In this document: one piece after another, positions 1-14,671 of the stretch
Position numbering within the stretch: position 1 is the stretch's first letter
Layout of the letters: each line of letters opens with the position of its first letter
Assembly (NCBI RefSeq): GCF_000181795.1
Contig: NW_003526940.1
Coordinates: 3,385,703-3,433,721, forward strand
Source of the DNA: Trichinella spiralis
Lineage: Eukaryota
Reading direction: 5' to 3'
Length of the DNA: 48,019 nt
Made by a program: the position numbers and the translations under genes
Notes under the pieces: model-generated
What the model was told of the DNA's origin: nothing
Databases searched by the model: none
What the model saw: only the letters and a program-made list of their open reading frames with translations

Positions 1-949
1 AAAAATAACAAACAATATACATGATGTGATGAAGAAGGTTCAATATATATGCTATATATTTATGATATTTTATAAATTCATTATACTATTCATAGTGAAT
101 TTATAATATTGGGGTGAAGATGTTCGTTTGCATGAAAAACCAAATGAGAACGAAACCAAATATTAATATATACATAAGTAAGTGAAGAGTTGTTGGCAAA
201 GATTGAATGTGAAATATTTTGAAACTGGATTCGAAATTTTCTTTCATGTTTCTGGCATTTAAATTACCTCGCCATAGATGTGCACATTTAGGGCTTCAGT
301 AGGGCTCTTTGAATTGTTTCTGGCTTCCATTTTACATAAACCGCCAATTACACTTCAAAAGAGCAATGTTTATTAAGAATAATGTCTATTCAAAAGTTCT
401 ATTTCTGAAACCACTTGCATCTTCATTTTACCTCAATGATAGACTGAGTTACAATTTCCAACATGTGCACATTTGGTGAAACATTACTTCCTCTTTCGAT
501 CAACACACTGATCAGCTAAGTAAAGCGTAATTTTTTTTGAGGCTGGTCTCTCTTTAATCGTTGTTAACTTGAAACTGCCGCCCGATTATTTCCGATTGTA
601 ATAAACACTGATGTTAAAGCAGCAGAAATTTGCAAACTATCATCTATCTCTCAGCTTTCAATACCAGCATTCATAAGTAAGAACATGATGTGACACAGAG
701 ATACCAAAGCGGCTGATTTTTATTGGCAGCTTGTTTGCAAAACAACCAGTAGTCAAATGTCCAGTCTCTGATGCTTTATTGCAATTTCGCCCGCTAAACT
801 TTGACCTCATTTTTCTGATTGGTTGTTCGCCGATGGCAGTAATTGGCAGTTCAATTAACCTACTTTATTAATTTATTAGATTTTGAAGTAGAATTATTGA
901 TCAGAATTGCATAATCAATGAAATGGCATAAATAAGGTTTAGTCTGAAC

Positions 950-1600
950 TCATCCGCAATAATTCGACCCATTTTTGTGATTGGCTGGTTGCTGATTGGT
1001 TGTCGTTGTGTTGTGCGTTAAATGGCTAATGTCTTCTGCTATTTTATTAGCTAACTATTTTGATAAGTGATTGGGTGAATAACTGTGCTATTTGATTAGC
1101 TATTCAGCTGTGATCTAGGATTGGGTGATTGTTGTTTATCAATTCATGACCAAATATGGGTGCATCACCATAAAAATACCTTATATGGACATAAAAAGGC
1201 ATTTACTATTTGTTAAAGAGAAAGCATTTAGCTATAACCTGGAAATGTGTATATTTGTTTTTAGACTTTGCTAATGATGCTTTTAAAAAGCTTTTGCGTT
1301 TTACATTTACGGTTACTGATTTACATTCTTGTAAGTTTGCTTTTGCATTTTATTTTTTACAACTATGCTGATCAACAGACTGTTTTCGCAGAAACTTTTC
1401 TGCTATTCGTTATAAGCGCTTTAGAACTTAGCAAATGTATAGTACAGAAATTTCCATTTTACAACAACAAGAAAATGTGAACTTTATTACAATATATACC
1501 ATGGGCAAGATGGGCAATGCAACATTAACGTGGAATAAGTCCATTTCTAAATTTGTAGACACTGTTCCACGGCAACCAACTAATCGTTATGTTGAAAAAA
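950..1600 (-). repeat. Diverged inverted copy of 29590-30260 (MULE-associated flank)
   Basis: catccgcaataattcgacccatttttgtgattgg through ccacggcaaccaactaatcgttatgttgaaaaa matches the reverse complement of 29590-30260. Confidence 0.75.
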
Positions 1601-1639
1601 TGGAGGTTCGGTCCCACTTGGCCTCAATTTTGTTCCCAT

Positions 1640-2287
1640 TCGGTCCCACTTTTCATTTATTGGTCGGTGACCTCGCTATCTTATTAGCCCGTACAGTCTT
1701 TTTCGTATTGGTTTTCCTTGTCTAATTTGCTCATTGATTCAAATCTTTTCCCTTGTGATTATCAGTAATATTTTTTAATTTCATTGGTTCAAATATTCCA
1801 TTTAGGATTACGTAACTTTAATAATAGTGACGTAACATAAAAAATGAAAATATTTATTATTCCAAAATTTTATTGCCTGTTTGAAGTTTCGTCATTCATT
1901 GAAATTTTGTTTATTTAAATATATTATTTGTGGTGTAGTCTATACTTTTTTATTATCAGTATTTTTGAAAATAATTTTTATCATTGTCCTCTATTTTATT
2001 GTACTAAAGTGACGTTCTATCAAATGCGATAGTAATCATTCAGAAAAAAACATTACAAAAAATAAGTTAAATAGTGATTTTTATTTTTCACTAGCCAACA
2101 GCAGTAACAACAACAACAGTAAACAACATATCAGTGAACGACATTAATAAAGAGGAAACAACGAAAAAGGAAAAAATTAAATAATACAATAGAATGAAAT
2201 AAAAAACTAATATAAATAAGCGGTGGCCAGGGGCATTTTTATCTTCTTCCTTGTTTCTTCTTCGGTCTATTACCGATTTCCCTCCTG
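1640..2287 (-). mobile_element. 3' end/subterminal region of a MULE-family DNA transposon
   Basis: Reverse complement matches 31490-32100 (end of transposase ...EEETR.KI.M.LATA, AT-rich tail, GATTACGTAAC motif, end ...agtgggac). Confidence 0.7.
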
Positions 2288-2840
2288 NNNNNNNNNNNNN
2301 NNNNNNNNNNNNNNNNNNNNNNNNNNNNNNNNNNNNNNNNNNNNNNNNNNNNNNNNNNNNNNNNNNNNNNNNNNNNNNNNNNNNNNNNNNNNNNNNNNNN
2401 NNNNNNNNNNNNNNNNNNNNNNNNNNNNNNNNNNNNNNNNNNNNNNNNNNNNNNNNNNNNNNNNNNNNNNNNNNNNNNNNNNNNNNNNNNNNNNNNNNNN
2501 NNNNNNNNNNNNNNNNNNNNNNNNNNNNNNNNNNNNNNNNNNNNNNNNNNNNNNNNNNNNNNNNNNNNNNNNNNNNNNAATATTAAAGATATAAAGTGAC
2601 GGGGTCAGACAACCAAAATACCGGTAGCGAAAATTTTTTCTAAAATCAAAATATTATATATCAATACATATACTCTTATTATATATTCATATAGAGGTAT
2701 GTGTATTTTATTCATATTTTGAAGTAAGCAGTTGCTAGCCAATGATTCCAAATGCTGTAGAACAACACGGAAGTTGCACGTTTTTATTGTAAATTACAAA
2801 TTTTTTCATAAAACCATAAGCATAAGCTAAGAAAGCGTGT

Positions 2841-4955
2841 CAAACGACTTCTATAATTCGAGTATGCTAATGAGATTTAAAATAATGATAATAGTAATTA
2901 ATAAATTGTTGCATTTAGTATGCTTCGACAGACGCTCTTACTCGAATTTTAAATTGTGTTGAAATGGTCAAGAAATCAAATTTCAATAGTGATCCATTCT
3001 TGAAAAATTTTGGTTTTGCAATTAAAGGCGAACCAATGATTTTTAGTGGATGAGTTTAGCCTGCGCCTAAGTTGGAATATGGTGAAGGAAATGGAGACGT
3101 GTAAATAATAATTGTTGAAATCACTACTTTTGGAAAAATATTTGTTTCACAATTGGTTTTACATTTCTAGAAAATTATTCTTACACCAAAAGATGGAGCA
3201 TGGAATTCGAATGAATTTAAATTTTTTGAATCTGCTCATTGTGAATCATTCGCATTTGTATCGTTTCTACCACCAAATAAAGTATCAATGTTACAGTGAG
3301 TATTGAAAAATGTGTAAATAAGTCAAATCAGCTTTGTTGTTTGCATGCCTCATTTTTAGGGAATTTTGTCTGCAAATTGTCAAAACATGTCGTAGTACAG
3401 GAATTCAAATGCCAGACAATCCAAAAATTTTTTGAACAAGCGGGAAGAAATGATAGTGTAGAAATGATATTCAAACGTATTGCTGACAAATGTGACAGAG
3501 ATGGCATGAAATGTGATTTGGTGTTTGTTGCGTTGTTTTCATCCGAACAATACGGTAATAATTATTTTGTAGTTTTATGATGAAATTTATATTATTAATG
3601 TTAAATGTATTTTTACCATTTTAAGGTCAAGTGAAATCTTGTGGCAATATCACTTTTGGATTGGTCACTCAGTGTTTATTACCGAAAACAATAAGTGATG
3701 TAGCAGTAAAGAAGAGTTATTCGACGATGTTAAATATTGCGATGAAAATAAATATGAAAATTGGTGGCATCAATGCAAAATTACTGAAAGATGAAGTGTA
3801 AGATATTGAATTCAAGAATGCGTTTGAAAAAGTTTAAAATGAAAGATTTTTCTTTAGTTTAAATAATTATTTGTATAAAAATAATACATTGGTAATTGGT
3901 GTGGATGTGGTTCATCCATCTGCTGTAGAGACGTATTTACCATCAGTTGCTGCGGTGCGTATTCATTGCTTTGTTATTCAAAATTATTCGAGAAATATTT
4001 TTGATTTCAAGGTTGTTGGAAACGTGGATGTAACAGTTACAAAATTTAAAGCATCGGTGAAAATCCAATCAGCTAGGCAAGAAGTGATCACCGATTTTGT
4101 TGATCAGTTTTCTGAACGAATAATGGAATACTCTGATGTTAATTGTTCAGCACTGAAAAACATTATTGTTTTTCGAGATGGAATATCGAAAGGTCAATTC
4201 AAGCAGGTGAAATTGTGTTCTATCATTAATTAAAGCAAAGTAAGAATTCATTTTTTAAACAGGTTTTGGAAGAAGAATTGCTTGCTCTTCGTCGGGTGTG
4301 CAAAAAATTTGCATCAAATTACAGGCCGTTAATAACGTTTATTGTAGTTGAAAAGCGACATTATGCTCGATTTGTTTGTTATGATAAAGCTGCAGCACGA
4401 GGACGGGGGAAAAACATCCCTGTTGGTACTGTCATCGATAGAGTAGTGACATCTCTTGATGAATATGATTTCTTTTTGTGCAGTCATCATGGAATTCAAG
4501 TATGACTTTGTGAAATGTTCTGAATATTTATTATTATTTTCATTTCAATTGCAGGGAACTAGTAGACCGACGCGATATTATGTGCTGTTTGATGAAAGCA
4601 ACTTGGATGTGAATGCAATGCAGTTGATCGCATACTATTTATGCCATATATATGGTAGATATGATCGTTCTGTTAGTATACCAGTACCGGTATATTTTGC
4701 ACATTTAGTTTGCGCCCGTGCTCCTTATCATTTTCTTGCTGCATTGTAAGTTGGATTAATTAACTTATTTAAAAATGAATGAATTATTGAATTTTATTTT
4801 TTAGCAATTCTGTTCAAGTGAAAAGGTTATCTGATGAAAACAGTAACAGTAGTAGTAGTAGTAGTTCCAGCAGTAATTCTGAATCTGTGAAAACAAAATT
4901 GGCTAACATAATTGCACTGCACAGCAGAGTTGAAAAAATCATGTACTACGCATAA
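2841..4955 (+). pseudogene. Argonaute (AGO clade) 3' half, L2-MID-PIWI, multi-exon, copy 1
   Basis: Spliced motifs QTTSIIR, DPFLKNFG, TQC, MKINMKIGGIN, GVDVVHP, FRDGIS, DFFLCSHHGIQGTSRPTRY, SIPVPVYFAHL, MYYA*. In-frame TGA 3051-3053 and TAG 3057-3059 fall in the GRVLPAP motif. Confidence 0.9.
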
Positions 4956-6416
4956 CGTGCAGCGACGGCCGATGCTTAATATATTCTAGTGCTTAGTTAT
5001 TTAGTGCTTATTTAAAAACAGTAAATATATTTGTGTATGTGTTTACCTCTAGATCATAGCTTTTTCATTCTGCATATTGTTGTGGGTGAAAAAATAAACA
5101 AACNNNNNNNNNNGAAAACAAAATTGGCTAACATAATTGCACTGCACAGCAGAGTTGAAAAAATCATGTACTACGCATAACGTGCAGCGACGGCCGATGC
5201 TTAATATATTCTAGTGCTTAGTTATTTAGTGCTTATTTAAAAACAGTAAATATATTTGTGTATGTGTTTACCTCTAGATCATAGCTTTTCATTCTGCATA
5301 TTGTTGTGGTGAAAAATAACAAACAATATACATGATGTGATGAAGAAGGTTCAATATATATGCTATATATTTATGATATTTTATAAATTCATTATACTAT
5401 TCATAGTGAATTTATAATATTGGGGTGAAGATGTTCGTTTGCATGAAAAACCAAATGAGAACGAAACCAAATATTAATATATACATAAGTAAGTGAAGAG
5501 TTGTTGGCAAAGATTGAATGTGAAATATTTTGAAACTGGATTCGAAATTTTCTTTCATGTTTCTGGCATTTAAATTACCTCGCCATAGATGTGCACATTT
5601 AGGGCTTCAGTAGGGCTCTTTGAATTGTTTCTGGCTTCCATTTTACATAAACCGCCAATTACACTTCAAAAGAGCAATGTTTATTAAGAATAATGTCTAT
5701 TCAAAAGTTCTATTTCTGAAACCACTTGCATCTTCATTTTACCTCAATGATAGACTGAGTTACAATTTCCAACATGTGCACATTTGGTGAAACATTACTT
5801 CCTCTTTCGATCAACACACTGATCGGCTAAGTAAAGCGTAATTTTTTTTGAGGCTGGTCTCTCTTTAATCGTTGTTAACTTGAAACTGCCGCCCGACTAT
5901 TTCCGATTGTAATAAACACTGATGTTAAAGCAGCAGAAATTTGCAAACTATCATCTATCTCTCAGCTTTCAATACCAGCATTCATAAGTAAGAACATGAT
6001 GTGACACAGAGATACCAAAGCGGCTGATTTTTATTGGCAGCTTGTTTGCAAAACAACCAGTAGTCAAATGTCCAGTCTCTGATGCTTTATTGCAATTTCG
6101 CCCGCTAAACTTTGACCTCATTTTTCTGATTGGTTGTTCGCCGATGGCAGTAATTGGCAGTTCAATTAACCTACTTTATTAATTTATTAGATTTTGAAGT
6201 AGAATTATTGATCAAAAGTGCATAATCAATGAAATGGCATAAGTAAATCACCAACTACCGATCAAACCCGGTACATGCTATAAGTGAACGACCAATCACA
6301 CGGAGGGGGCAGAGTGGCAAAAATGGGAGCTGGTGAAATCAGATAACGCTATCTATGAAGCAGCCACTTTTTGTTGAATGTGCGCCATATTTTAATGAAA
6401 CTTCAANNNNNNNNNN

Positions 6417-6810
<394 letters not shown>

Positions 6811-6842
6811 CTTTGTTATGCCTATTTTGTTCATAATCCAAC

Positions 6843-6858
6843 GGTCCTTTTCAGGACC
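6843..6858 (+). terminator. Histone 3' stem-loop (H3 copy 1)
   Basis: CCAAC-GGTCCT-TTTC-AGGACC-AC: 6-bp stem, 4-nt loop, 32 nt after the stop. Confidence 0.95.
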
Positions 6859-7769
6859 ACTTCAATCTGTTTTCATCAGCTACATTCCATTGATTAAGCA
6901 TCATTTTTCTGAGAAATTAAATATTTAAATGAATTCAAATTCTAAGGTTGTTCAAAATAATGATGATCATTTTTACAAACTTTCCATAAAAATATTGTTT
7001 TTGAAACAATTTCTGTTATTGTCATTTTATTGTACCACATTAAACCAATACAGAATGAGGGTAAAACCTGTGCTGAGAATAATCAGGTTGATGATTTTCA
7101 AGTTCAATACAACTGCGCGCAAGACAGTTGAGTATAACAAACTGAGTCGCTGGCCCTTCTCAGGCTTAAAAAATTTGCTTAAATTGAGCTGTAATTTGAG
7201 AACAAGAAAACACACAGAAGCTGAGATTTATTCAGGCATGACCAATACAAATCAAAAGCACAGACAGTCAGACACAATCAAAGCAATCATTCATTCACAC
7301 GCCACCAACAACACGATCACATTGCTCAGTCATGTTCACGCGTAAAAACGTGACTCTGACGTCACAACTAACCAAACAACCTCAAGTTACGGTAGCGGAT
7401 TCAGATTATCAGGCTTGAGCGAAAGAGGTTTTAACAACCTGTATCTGCCTACGTGTTTACAATAAATTTCATTGGTTGTCAGTCTGATGCGTTCTATTTG
7501 TTAATTTTTCATTTTCTATCAGTGATCAGCTTTCAGATTCAATTCAAAGCATTAATACTTTCAATTCAATATTAATTATTATATATTGAAAAATTGTAAG
7601 GTTTTTAAAATTAGAAATCTAATTAAATTTTACTGCAGTTGAGTAAAATAATAAATTTATATGCAAATAGAAGGAATAAAACAATTAACTACCAGAAATT
7701 GGCAGATTCTATGTGACACAAGCAAATGTTCTGGTTAATGCTTTGCTGTCTAATATCTCAACATACAAC

Positions 7770-8160
7770 TGTTACTGACTTTTCTGTTGTCGGCAGCTCG
7801 ACGCTCAGGTTAATAATGGACTGTATTTGATTCGGCGGGAATTCGATTCTCCCAGCGAAGTAATAAACTTATTACGTCTGTCTACACGAACTCTCAATTA
7901 GTTCGTTCTAGTAGCCTAGATAAGCTTCGCTCAACTAGTTCACAGAGAACTATTCGTCGAACGCGTCAATTCAATACAAGGGTTAAAGTGAATCCTTTAC
8001 TCTTGTAGTCACAAATACAATACAAAAAGCGACACGCTCGTCTCAAAAATGGCAAATCTAGCACTACTCGATCACACGTTGTTGCCACGATTACAACGAC
8101 AATACAATTACAGTACACTTTCGATAGTCAAGTATCAATCATTTCTTACTGTCTGTAACA
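7770..8160. mobile_element. Solo LTR (391 bp) with 5-bp target-site duplication
   Basis: TGTTAC...GTAACA inverted termini flanked by ACAAC at 7765-7769 and 8161-8165. Confidence 0.8.
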
Positions 8161-10874
8161 ACAACTTTAACTCTATGCAAAATTCTAACTTCAAAAAATT
8201 GCAATGGCATTTAAAACCAGATAGGCAGCTATCACGTTCCTTGACAGTATTTTTGATTAATACAAAAGAAAAATGTCATTTTGCGCAAATTTTTTGTAAA
8301 CTAATAATTTCATTATTGAAAATTAAATTTCATCAAATAAGTTAATTATGAGCTGTTTAAAATTCTTTGAAAGTCATCATTCATTGTTCAGGTATGTTGA
8401 GTTTTTGGTCAGTTCGATCTGTATTATCACGTAAATCAAGACAACAGACTTAAGATCGAGTAGCAGAAACACAAGAGCTAGAGAGAGGATTCAAAGAAGC
8501 ACTACAAAGAAATTAACGGAAATAAGTTTTACTATCACGTAAGGTACTTTGACAAACACACACACGTACACTTACCTATTAGTGTATATATATATATATA
8601 TACACTCAGTAATACAGTATAATGAATTTCAGGTTTCAACATGAATTCTTCATTTCATCAACAAGCAATCAACAAGAACAACATATAGTAGGTAACTTAA
8701 ACGCAAACAAATATCACAACTAGGAATACAGCATTAAGCAATGAGCAAGACGCTCAGCAATAACGACAACTCCGTGAGGAAGTGTCTGCCCATTGTTTTC
8801 AACGTTCCAATTATATTCTACTTCCAAATCAACAAAACTGAGAACTTCACGAAAGCCATTCACTCTTTTGCTGATTATGGAAGACATTAATCTGGTTGTT
8901 GCTTACTCCCCATTCACCTTTCTATTAAACTTCCTGATAAATTAACGTACCACCATTTTGTTAAACTAATCGTCAAAACTACATGGAGATGTACCAATGT
9001 CTTTTAAGATCACCATACTGCTGGTACCTACTTGGTATTGCATACAAAAACTGAGTCATTGCTAATTGTGAACACTTTGGATAGAATTTCAGAACAGGAT
9101 TGTACATTCTGCCATTTTGTAAATGGTCAATCTCGATAGCTGCTGTTATTATGAAAATCGTTGGTATAGATTTCACGTGTTTTCTTTATTGAATTTTAAG
9201 CCTGCCAATTTTTTTCACTTCTGCTATTAATCACCAACTTCTACCAGGTCAAAAATGCACGGCTATTGAAAATTTGATGATCATGTCAAACGTATCAAAC
9301 ACATAATAGAGCTGCTATGTAATACTTTGGTACTAGGATCGATTTCCTCCAACGAACTGCGCCTACTTTTTCTAATCTAAATTTCATTGGTTGTCAGTCT
9401 GATCCGATTAGGTTGCCTTGAGAATGGACTGCTTAACTATGAATTGCCGAAGCTAACAGGACACGTCGCTGACAGTCACTATGCAAATTCATAAGCAAAC
9501 ACCATTTTTCAATTCAATGAAATTTAGTTGCGTGCATCAGAGCAGCAACCAATGACATTTGCTGCGAAAAGTAGGCAGAGTTCATTGGGGGAAATCAGGT
9601 CTATCCTAATATTTTGCCTCATGGTGGAACAAATAAATTCCTTGAAATTTTCAAATCTGACAATTTTATTGAAATTCAACTTCAATTTTACAAGTCTGTA
9701 GTATATCATTATGTTGATGCATTTAGCATCGTGGCAATTGCTGTTATTATAATAATCTTTGATTTAGATTTCACATCTTTCCTTGATTAACTTCTAAATT
9801 AGTCAATTACAAATAAACTATGTATATACTTTAGAACATGAACATTTTGCGTTCTTGTTCAACCATTGTTGAAAGTCAAAATTTTTTCCTCTGGCTATTT
9901 TAAATATTAAAATTGCAAATTTGGTCACTTTGTTATCGTCAATTCTAATCAATTTCTTGTTTTTGAACATCTGCCTCAGCACTGACGTTGGCGTTATTTG
10001 TGAATAAATTAAAGTTGTTGACGCTACATTTAGGATTTTCCAGACAAATTCTGAATTTTACCCAGAAGTGTTGTTAAGCTTTAGTGCGTGAAGCAATTGC
10101 TGGAAACCTGAATCACATCTGAACAACTTGCAAAACGCAAATGCGACAGTTGTAAATTTGCTTAGCTTATCACTTCCGGAAGTATGATTTTATTCTAAAA
10201 TTTATTCTTTCACTGATCACTAAGCTGTTCTTGTACTTTGTGCATTATAACATTCTAATAAAATTGATTGCTTATCGCAAGAACCCTTTGAGGCATAACG
10301 TCACATATTTAATAATCTGTTTTCAATTATTCCTATGAAATTATTATCGACTTCAAGATAATAGTAATATTTAACAACACAATTATATATGAAAAAATGA
10401 AATAATAACATAAGCAATAATAGATCATCAGGTTGATAAAAACTAGTTTGTATTGTAGACAGTATTTGTTCATCATATACATCGCAATGAATTCTTTACT
10501 TTATAGAATTTGAATGATTGTTCTCATAACATTTCAAAAAAAAGACGACAGTTTCTGGCAAAGCAAGTCGAAGAAATAAGATATACAACTGAGAACTGTG
10601 GGACCAGAAGAATATTAAAGATATAAAGTGACGGGGTCAGACAAACCAAAATACCGGTAGCGGAAAATTTTTTCTAAAATCAAAATATTATATATCAATA
10701 CATATACTCTTATTATATATTCATATAGAGGTATGTGTATTTTATTCATATTTTGAAGTAAGCAGTTGCTAGCCAATGATTCCAAATGCTGTAGAACAAC
10801 ACGGAAGTTGCACGTTTTTATTGTAAATTACAAATTTTTTCATAAAACCATAAGCATAAGCTAAGAAAGCGTGT

Positions 10875-12989
10875 CAAACGACTTCTATAATTCGAGTATG
10901 CTAATGAGATTTAAAATAATGATAATAGTAATTAATAAATTGTTGCATTTAGTATGCTTCGACAGACGCTCTTACTCGAATTTTAAATTGTGTTGAAATG
11001 GTCAAGAAATCAAATTTCAATAGTGATCCATTCTTGAAAAATTTTGGTTTTGCAATTAAAGGCGAACCAATGATTTTTAGTGGATGAGTTTAGCCTGCGC
11101 CTAAGTTGGAATATGGTGAAGGAAATGGAGGACGTGTAAATAATAATTGTTGAAATCACTACTTTTGGAAAAATATTTGTTTCACAATTGGTTTTACATT
11201 TCTAGAAAATTATTCTTACACCAAAAGATGGAGCATGGAATTCGAATGAATTTAAATTTTTTGAATCTGCTCATTGTGAATCATTCGCATTTGTATCGTT
11301 TCTACCACCAAATAAAGTATCAATGTTACAGTGAGTATTGAAAAATGTGTAAATAAGTCAAATCAGCTTTGTTGTTTGCATGCCTCATTTTTAGGGAATT
11401 TTGTCTGCAAATTGTCAAAACATGTCGTAGTACAGGAATTCAAATGCCAGACAATCCAAAAATTTTTGAACAAGCGGGAAGAAATGATAGTGTAGAAATG
11501 ATATTCAAACGTATTGCTGACAAATGTGACAGAGATGGCATGAAATGTGATTTGGTGTTTGTTGCGTTGTTTTCATCCGAACAATACGGTAATAATTATT
11601 TTGTAGTTTTATGATGAAATTTATATTATTAATGTTGAATGTATTTTTACCATTTTAAGGTCAAGTGAAATCTTGTGGCAATATCACTTTTAGATTGGTC
11701 ACTCAGTGTTTATTACCGAAAACAATAAGTGATGTAGCAGTAAAGAAGAGTTATTCGACGATGTTAAATATTGCGATGAAAATAAATATGAAAATTGGTG
11801 GCATCAATGCAAAATTACTGAAAGATGAAGTGTAAGATATTGAATTCAAGAATGCGTTTGAAAAAGTTTAAAATGAAAGATTTTTCTTTAGTTTAAATAA
11901 TTATTTGTATAAAAATAATACATTGGTAATTGGTGTGGATGTGGTTCATCCATCTGCTGTAGAGACGTATTTACCATCAGTTGCTGCGGTGCGTATTCAT
12001 TGCTTTGTTATTCAAAATTATTCGAGAAATATTTTTGATTTCAAGGTTGTTGGAAACGTGGATGTAACTGTTACAAAATTTAAAGCATCGGTGAAAATCC
12101 AATCAGCTAGGCAAGAAGTGATCACCGATTTTGTTGATCAGTTTTCTGAACGAATAATGGAATACTCTGATGTTAATGGTTCAGCACTGAAAAACATTAT
12201 TGTTTTTCGAGATGGAATATCGAAAGGTCAATTCAAGCAGGTGAAATTGTGTTCTATCATTAATTAAAGCAAAGTAAGAATTCATTTTTTAAACAGGTTT
12301 TGGAAGAAGAATTGCTTGCTCTTCGTCGGGTGTGCAAAAAATTTGCATCAAATTACAGGCCGTTAATAACGTTTATTGTGGTTCAAAAGCGACATCATGC
12401 TCGATTTGTTTGTTATGATAAAGCTGCAGCACGAGGACGGGGGAAAAACATCCCTGTTGGTACTGTTATCGATAGAGTAGTGACATCTCTTGATGAATAT
12501 GATTTCTTTTTGTGCAGTCATCATGGAATTCAAGTATGACTTTGTGAAATGTTTTGAATATTTATTATTATTTTCATTTCAATTGCAGGGAACTAGTAGA
12601 CCGACGCGATATTATGTGCTGTTTGATGAAAGCAACTTGGATGTGAATGCAATGCAGTTGATCGCATACTATTTATGCCATATATATGGTAGATGTGATC
12701 GTTCTGTTAGTATACCAGTACCGGTATATTTTGCACATTTAGTTTGCGCCCGTGCTCCTTATCATTTTCTTGCTGCATTGTAAGTTGGATTAATTAACTT
12801 ATTTAAAAATGAATGAATTATTGAATTTTATTTTTTAGCAATTCTGTTCAAGTGAAAAGGTTATCTGATGAAAACAGTAACAGTAGTAGTAGTAGTAGTT
12901 CCAGCAGTAATTCTGAATCTGTGAAAACAAAATTGGCTAACATAATTGCACTGCACAGCAGAGTTGAAAAAATCATGTACTACGCATAA
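10875..12989 (+). pseudogene. Argonaute (AGO clade) 3' half, L2-MID-PIWI, multi-exon, copy 2
   Basis: Same exons as copy 1, with stops TGA 11085-11087 and TAG 11091-11093. D-E-D-H positions are present (GVDV, RQEV, RDGI, AHL). Terminal stop TAA 12987-12989. Confidence 0.9.
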
Positions 12990-14671
12990 CGTGCAGCGAC
13001 GGCCGATGCTTAATATATTCTAGTGCTTAGTTATTTAGTGCTTATTTAAAAACAGTAAATATATTTGTGTATGTGTTTACCTCTAGATCATAGCTTTTCA
13101 TTCTGCATATTGTTGTGGTGAAAAATAACAAACAATATACATGATGTGATGAAGAAGGTTCAATATATATGCTATATATTTATGATATTTTATAAATTCA
13201 TTATACTATTCATAGTGAATTTATAATATTGGGGTGAAGATGTTCGTTTGCATGAAAAACCAAATGAGAACGAAACCAAATATTAATATATACATAAGTA
13301 AGTGAAGAGTTGTTGGCAAAGATTGAATGTGAAATATTTTGAAACTGGATTCGAAATTTTCTTTCATGTTTCTGGCATTTAAATTACCTCGCCATAGATG
13401 TGCACATTTAGGGCTTCAGTAGGGCTCTTTGAATTGTTTCTGGCTTCCATTTTACATAAACCGCCAATTACACTTCAAAATAGCAATGTTTATTAAGAAT
13501 AATGTCTATTCAAAAGTTCTATTTCTGAAACCACTTGCATCTTCATTTTACCTCAATGATAGACTGAGTTACGATTTCCAACATGTGCACATTTGGTGAA
13601 ACATTACTTCCTCTTTCGATCAACACACTGATCAGCTAAGTAAAGCGTAATTTTTTTTGAGGCTGGTCTCTCTTTAATCGTTGTTAACTTGAAACTGCCG
13701 CCCGATTATTTCCGATTGTAATAAACACTGATGTTAAAGCAGCAGAAATTTGCAAACTATCATCTATCTCTCAGCTTTCAATACCAGCATTCATAAGTAA
13801 GAACATGATGTGACACAGAGATACCAAAGCGGCTGATTTTTATTGGCAGCTTGTTTGCAAAACAACCAGTAGTCAAATGTCCAGTCTCTGATGCTTTATT
13901 GCAATTTCGCCCGCTAAACTTTGACCTCATTTTTCTGATTGGTTGTTCGCCGATGGCAGTAATTGGCAGTTCAATTAACCTACTTTATTAATTTATTAGA
14001 TTTTGAAGTAGAATTATTGATCAAAAGTGCATAATCAATGAAATGGCATAAGTAAATCACCAACTACCGATCAAACCCGGTACATGCTATAAGTGAACGA
14101 CCAATCACACGGAGGGGGCAGAGTGGCAAAAATGGAAGCTGGTGAAATCAGATAACGCTATCTATGAAGCAGCCACTTTTTGTTGAATGTGCGCCATATT
14201 TTAATGAAACTTTCAAGAAACAACTACAATCTGATTGTTCAACGCATATTTTCATTTGGAAAACAGTTAATCTCTGAACTAGATTTTCAAATTGAATAAG
14301 AAATTTCATCTTGTACAAAGTGAAACAGTTCTCATGTGAATTAATTTTTATCAACTATATTGGTTGAATATTCGCACAAAGTAGTGAATAAATAAAGTTA
14401 CTCTTAATTGGCATTCCTAACGAAAAAGAGTATTTACAACTGAAATTGTACATCTGTTCTTCAACATGTTGTTCATAGTTAGTAAATCAAAATTTGTTTT
14501 AAAATTCTAGTTGTTTAATATTGACGCTTGTTGCCATATATAAAAATTATTATGACAATTTTTTAGCCAATTTAATAGTCACAGTTACAATTTGATTACT
14601 GTGCTTACTGTAAATCATTGGCGAGTAAACTCTTAATTCGGTTGTTAACAAGAAAATGATTTTCACTAGCA

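Noticed and set aside
2223..2594. ORFs spanning the N run
   Set aside because: Artefacts of translating the gap.
5114..5310. Duplicated Ago last exon and 3' UTR
   Set aside because: Exact overlap of 4890-5103 across a 10-N gap; unmerged contig ends.
6929..7345. 138-aa ORF after H3 (also 18974-19390)
   Set aside because: No family similarity or splice support; it recurs only because the unit is duplicated.
7818..7860. tRNA T-arm or tmRNA-like motif GGGAATTCGATTCTCCC
   Set aside because: No acceptor, D or anticodon arms in register, and it lies inside an LTR.
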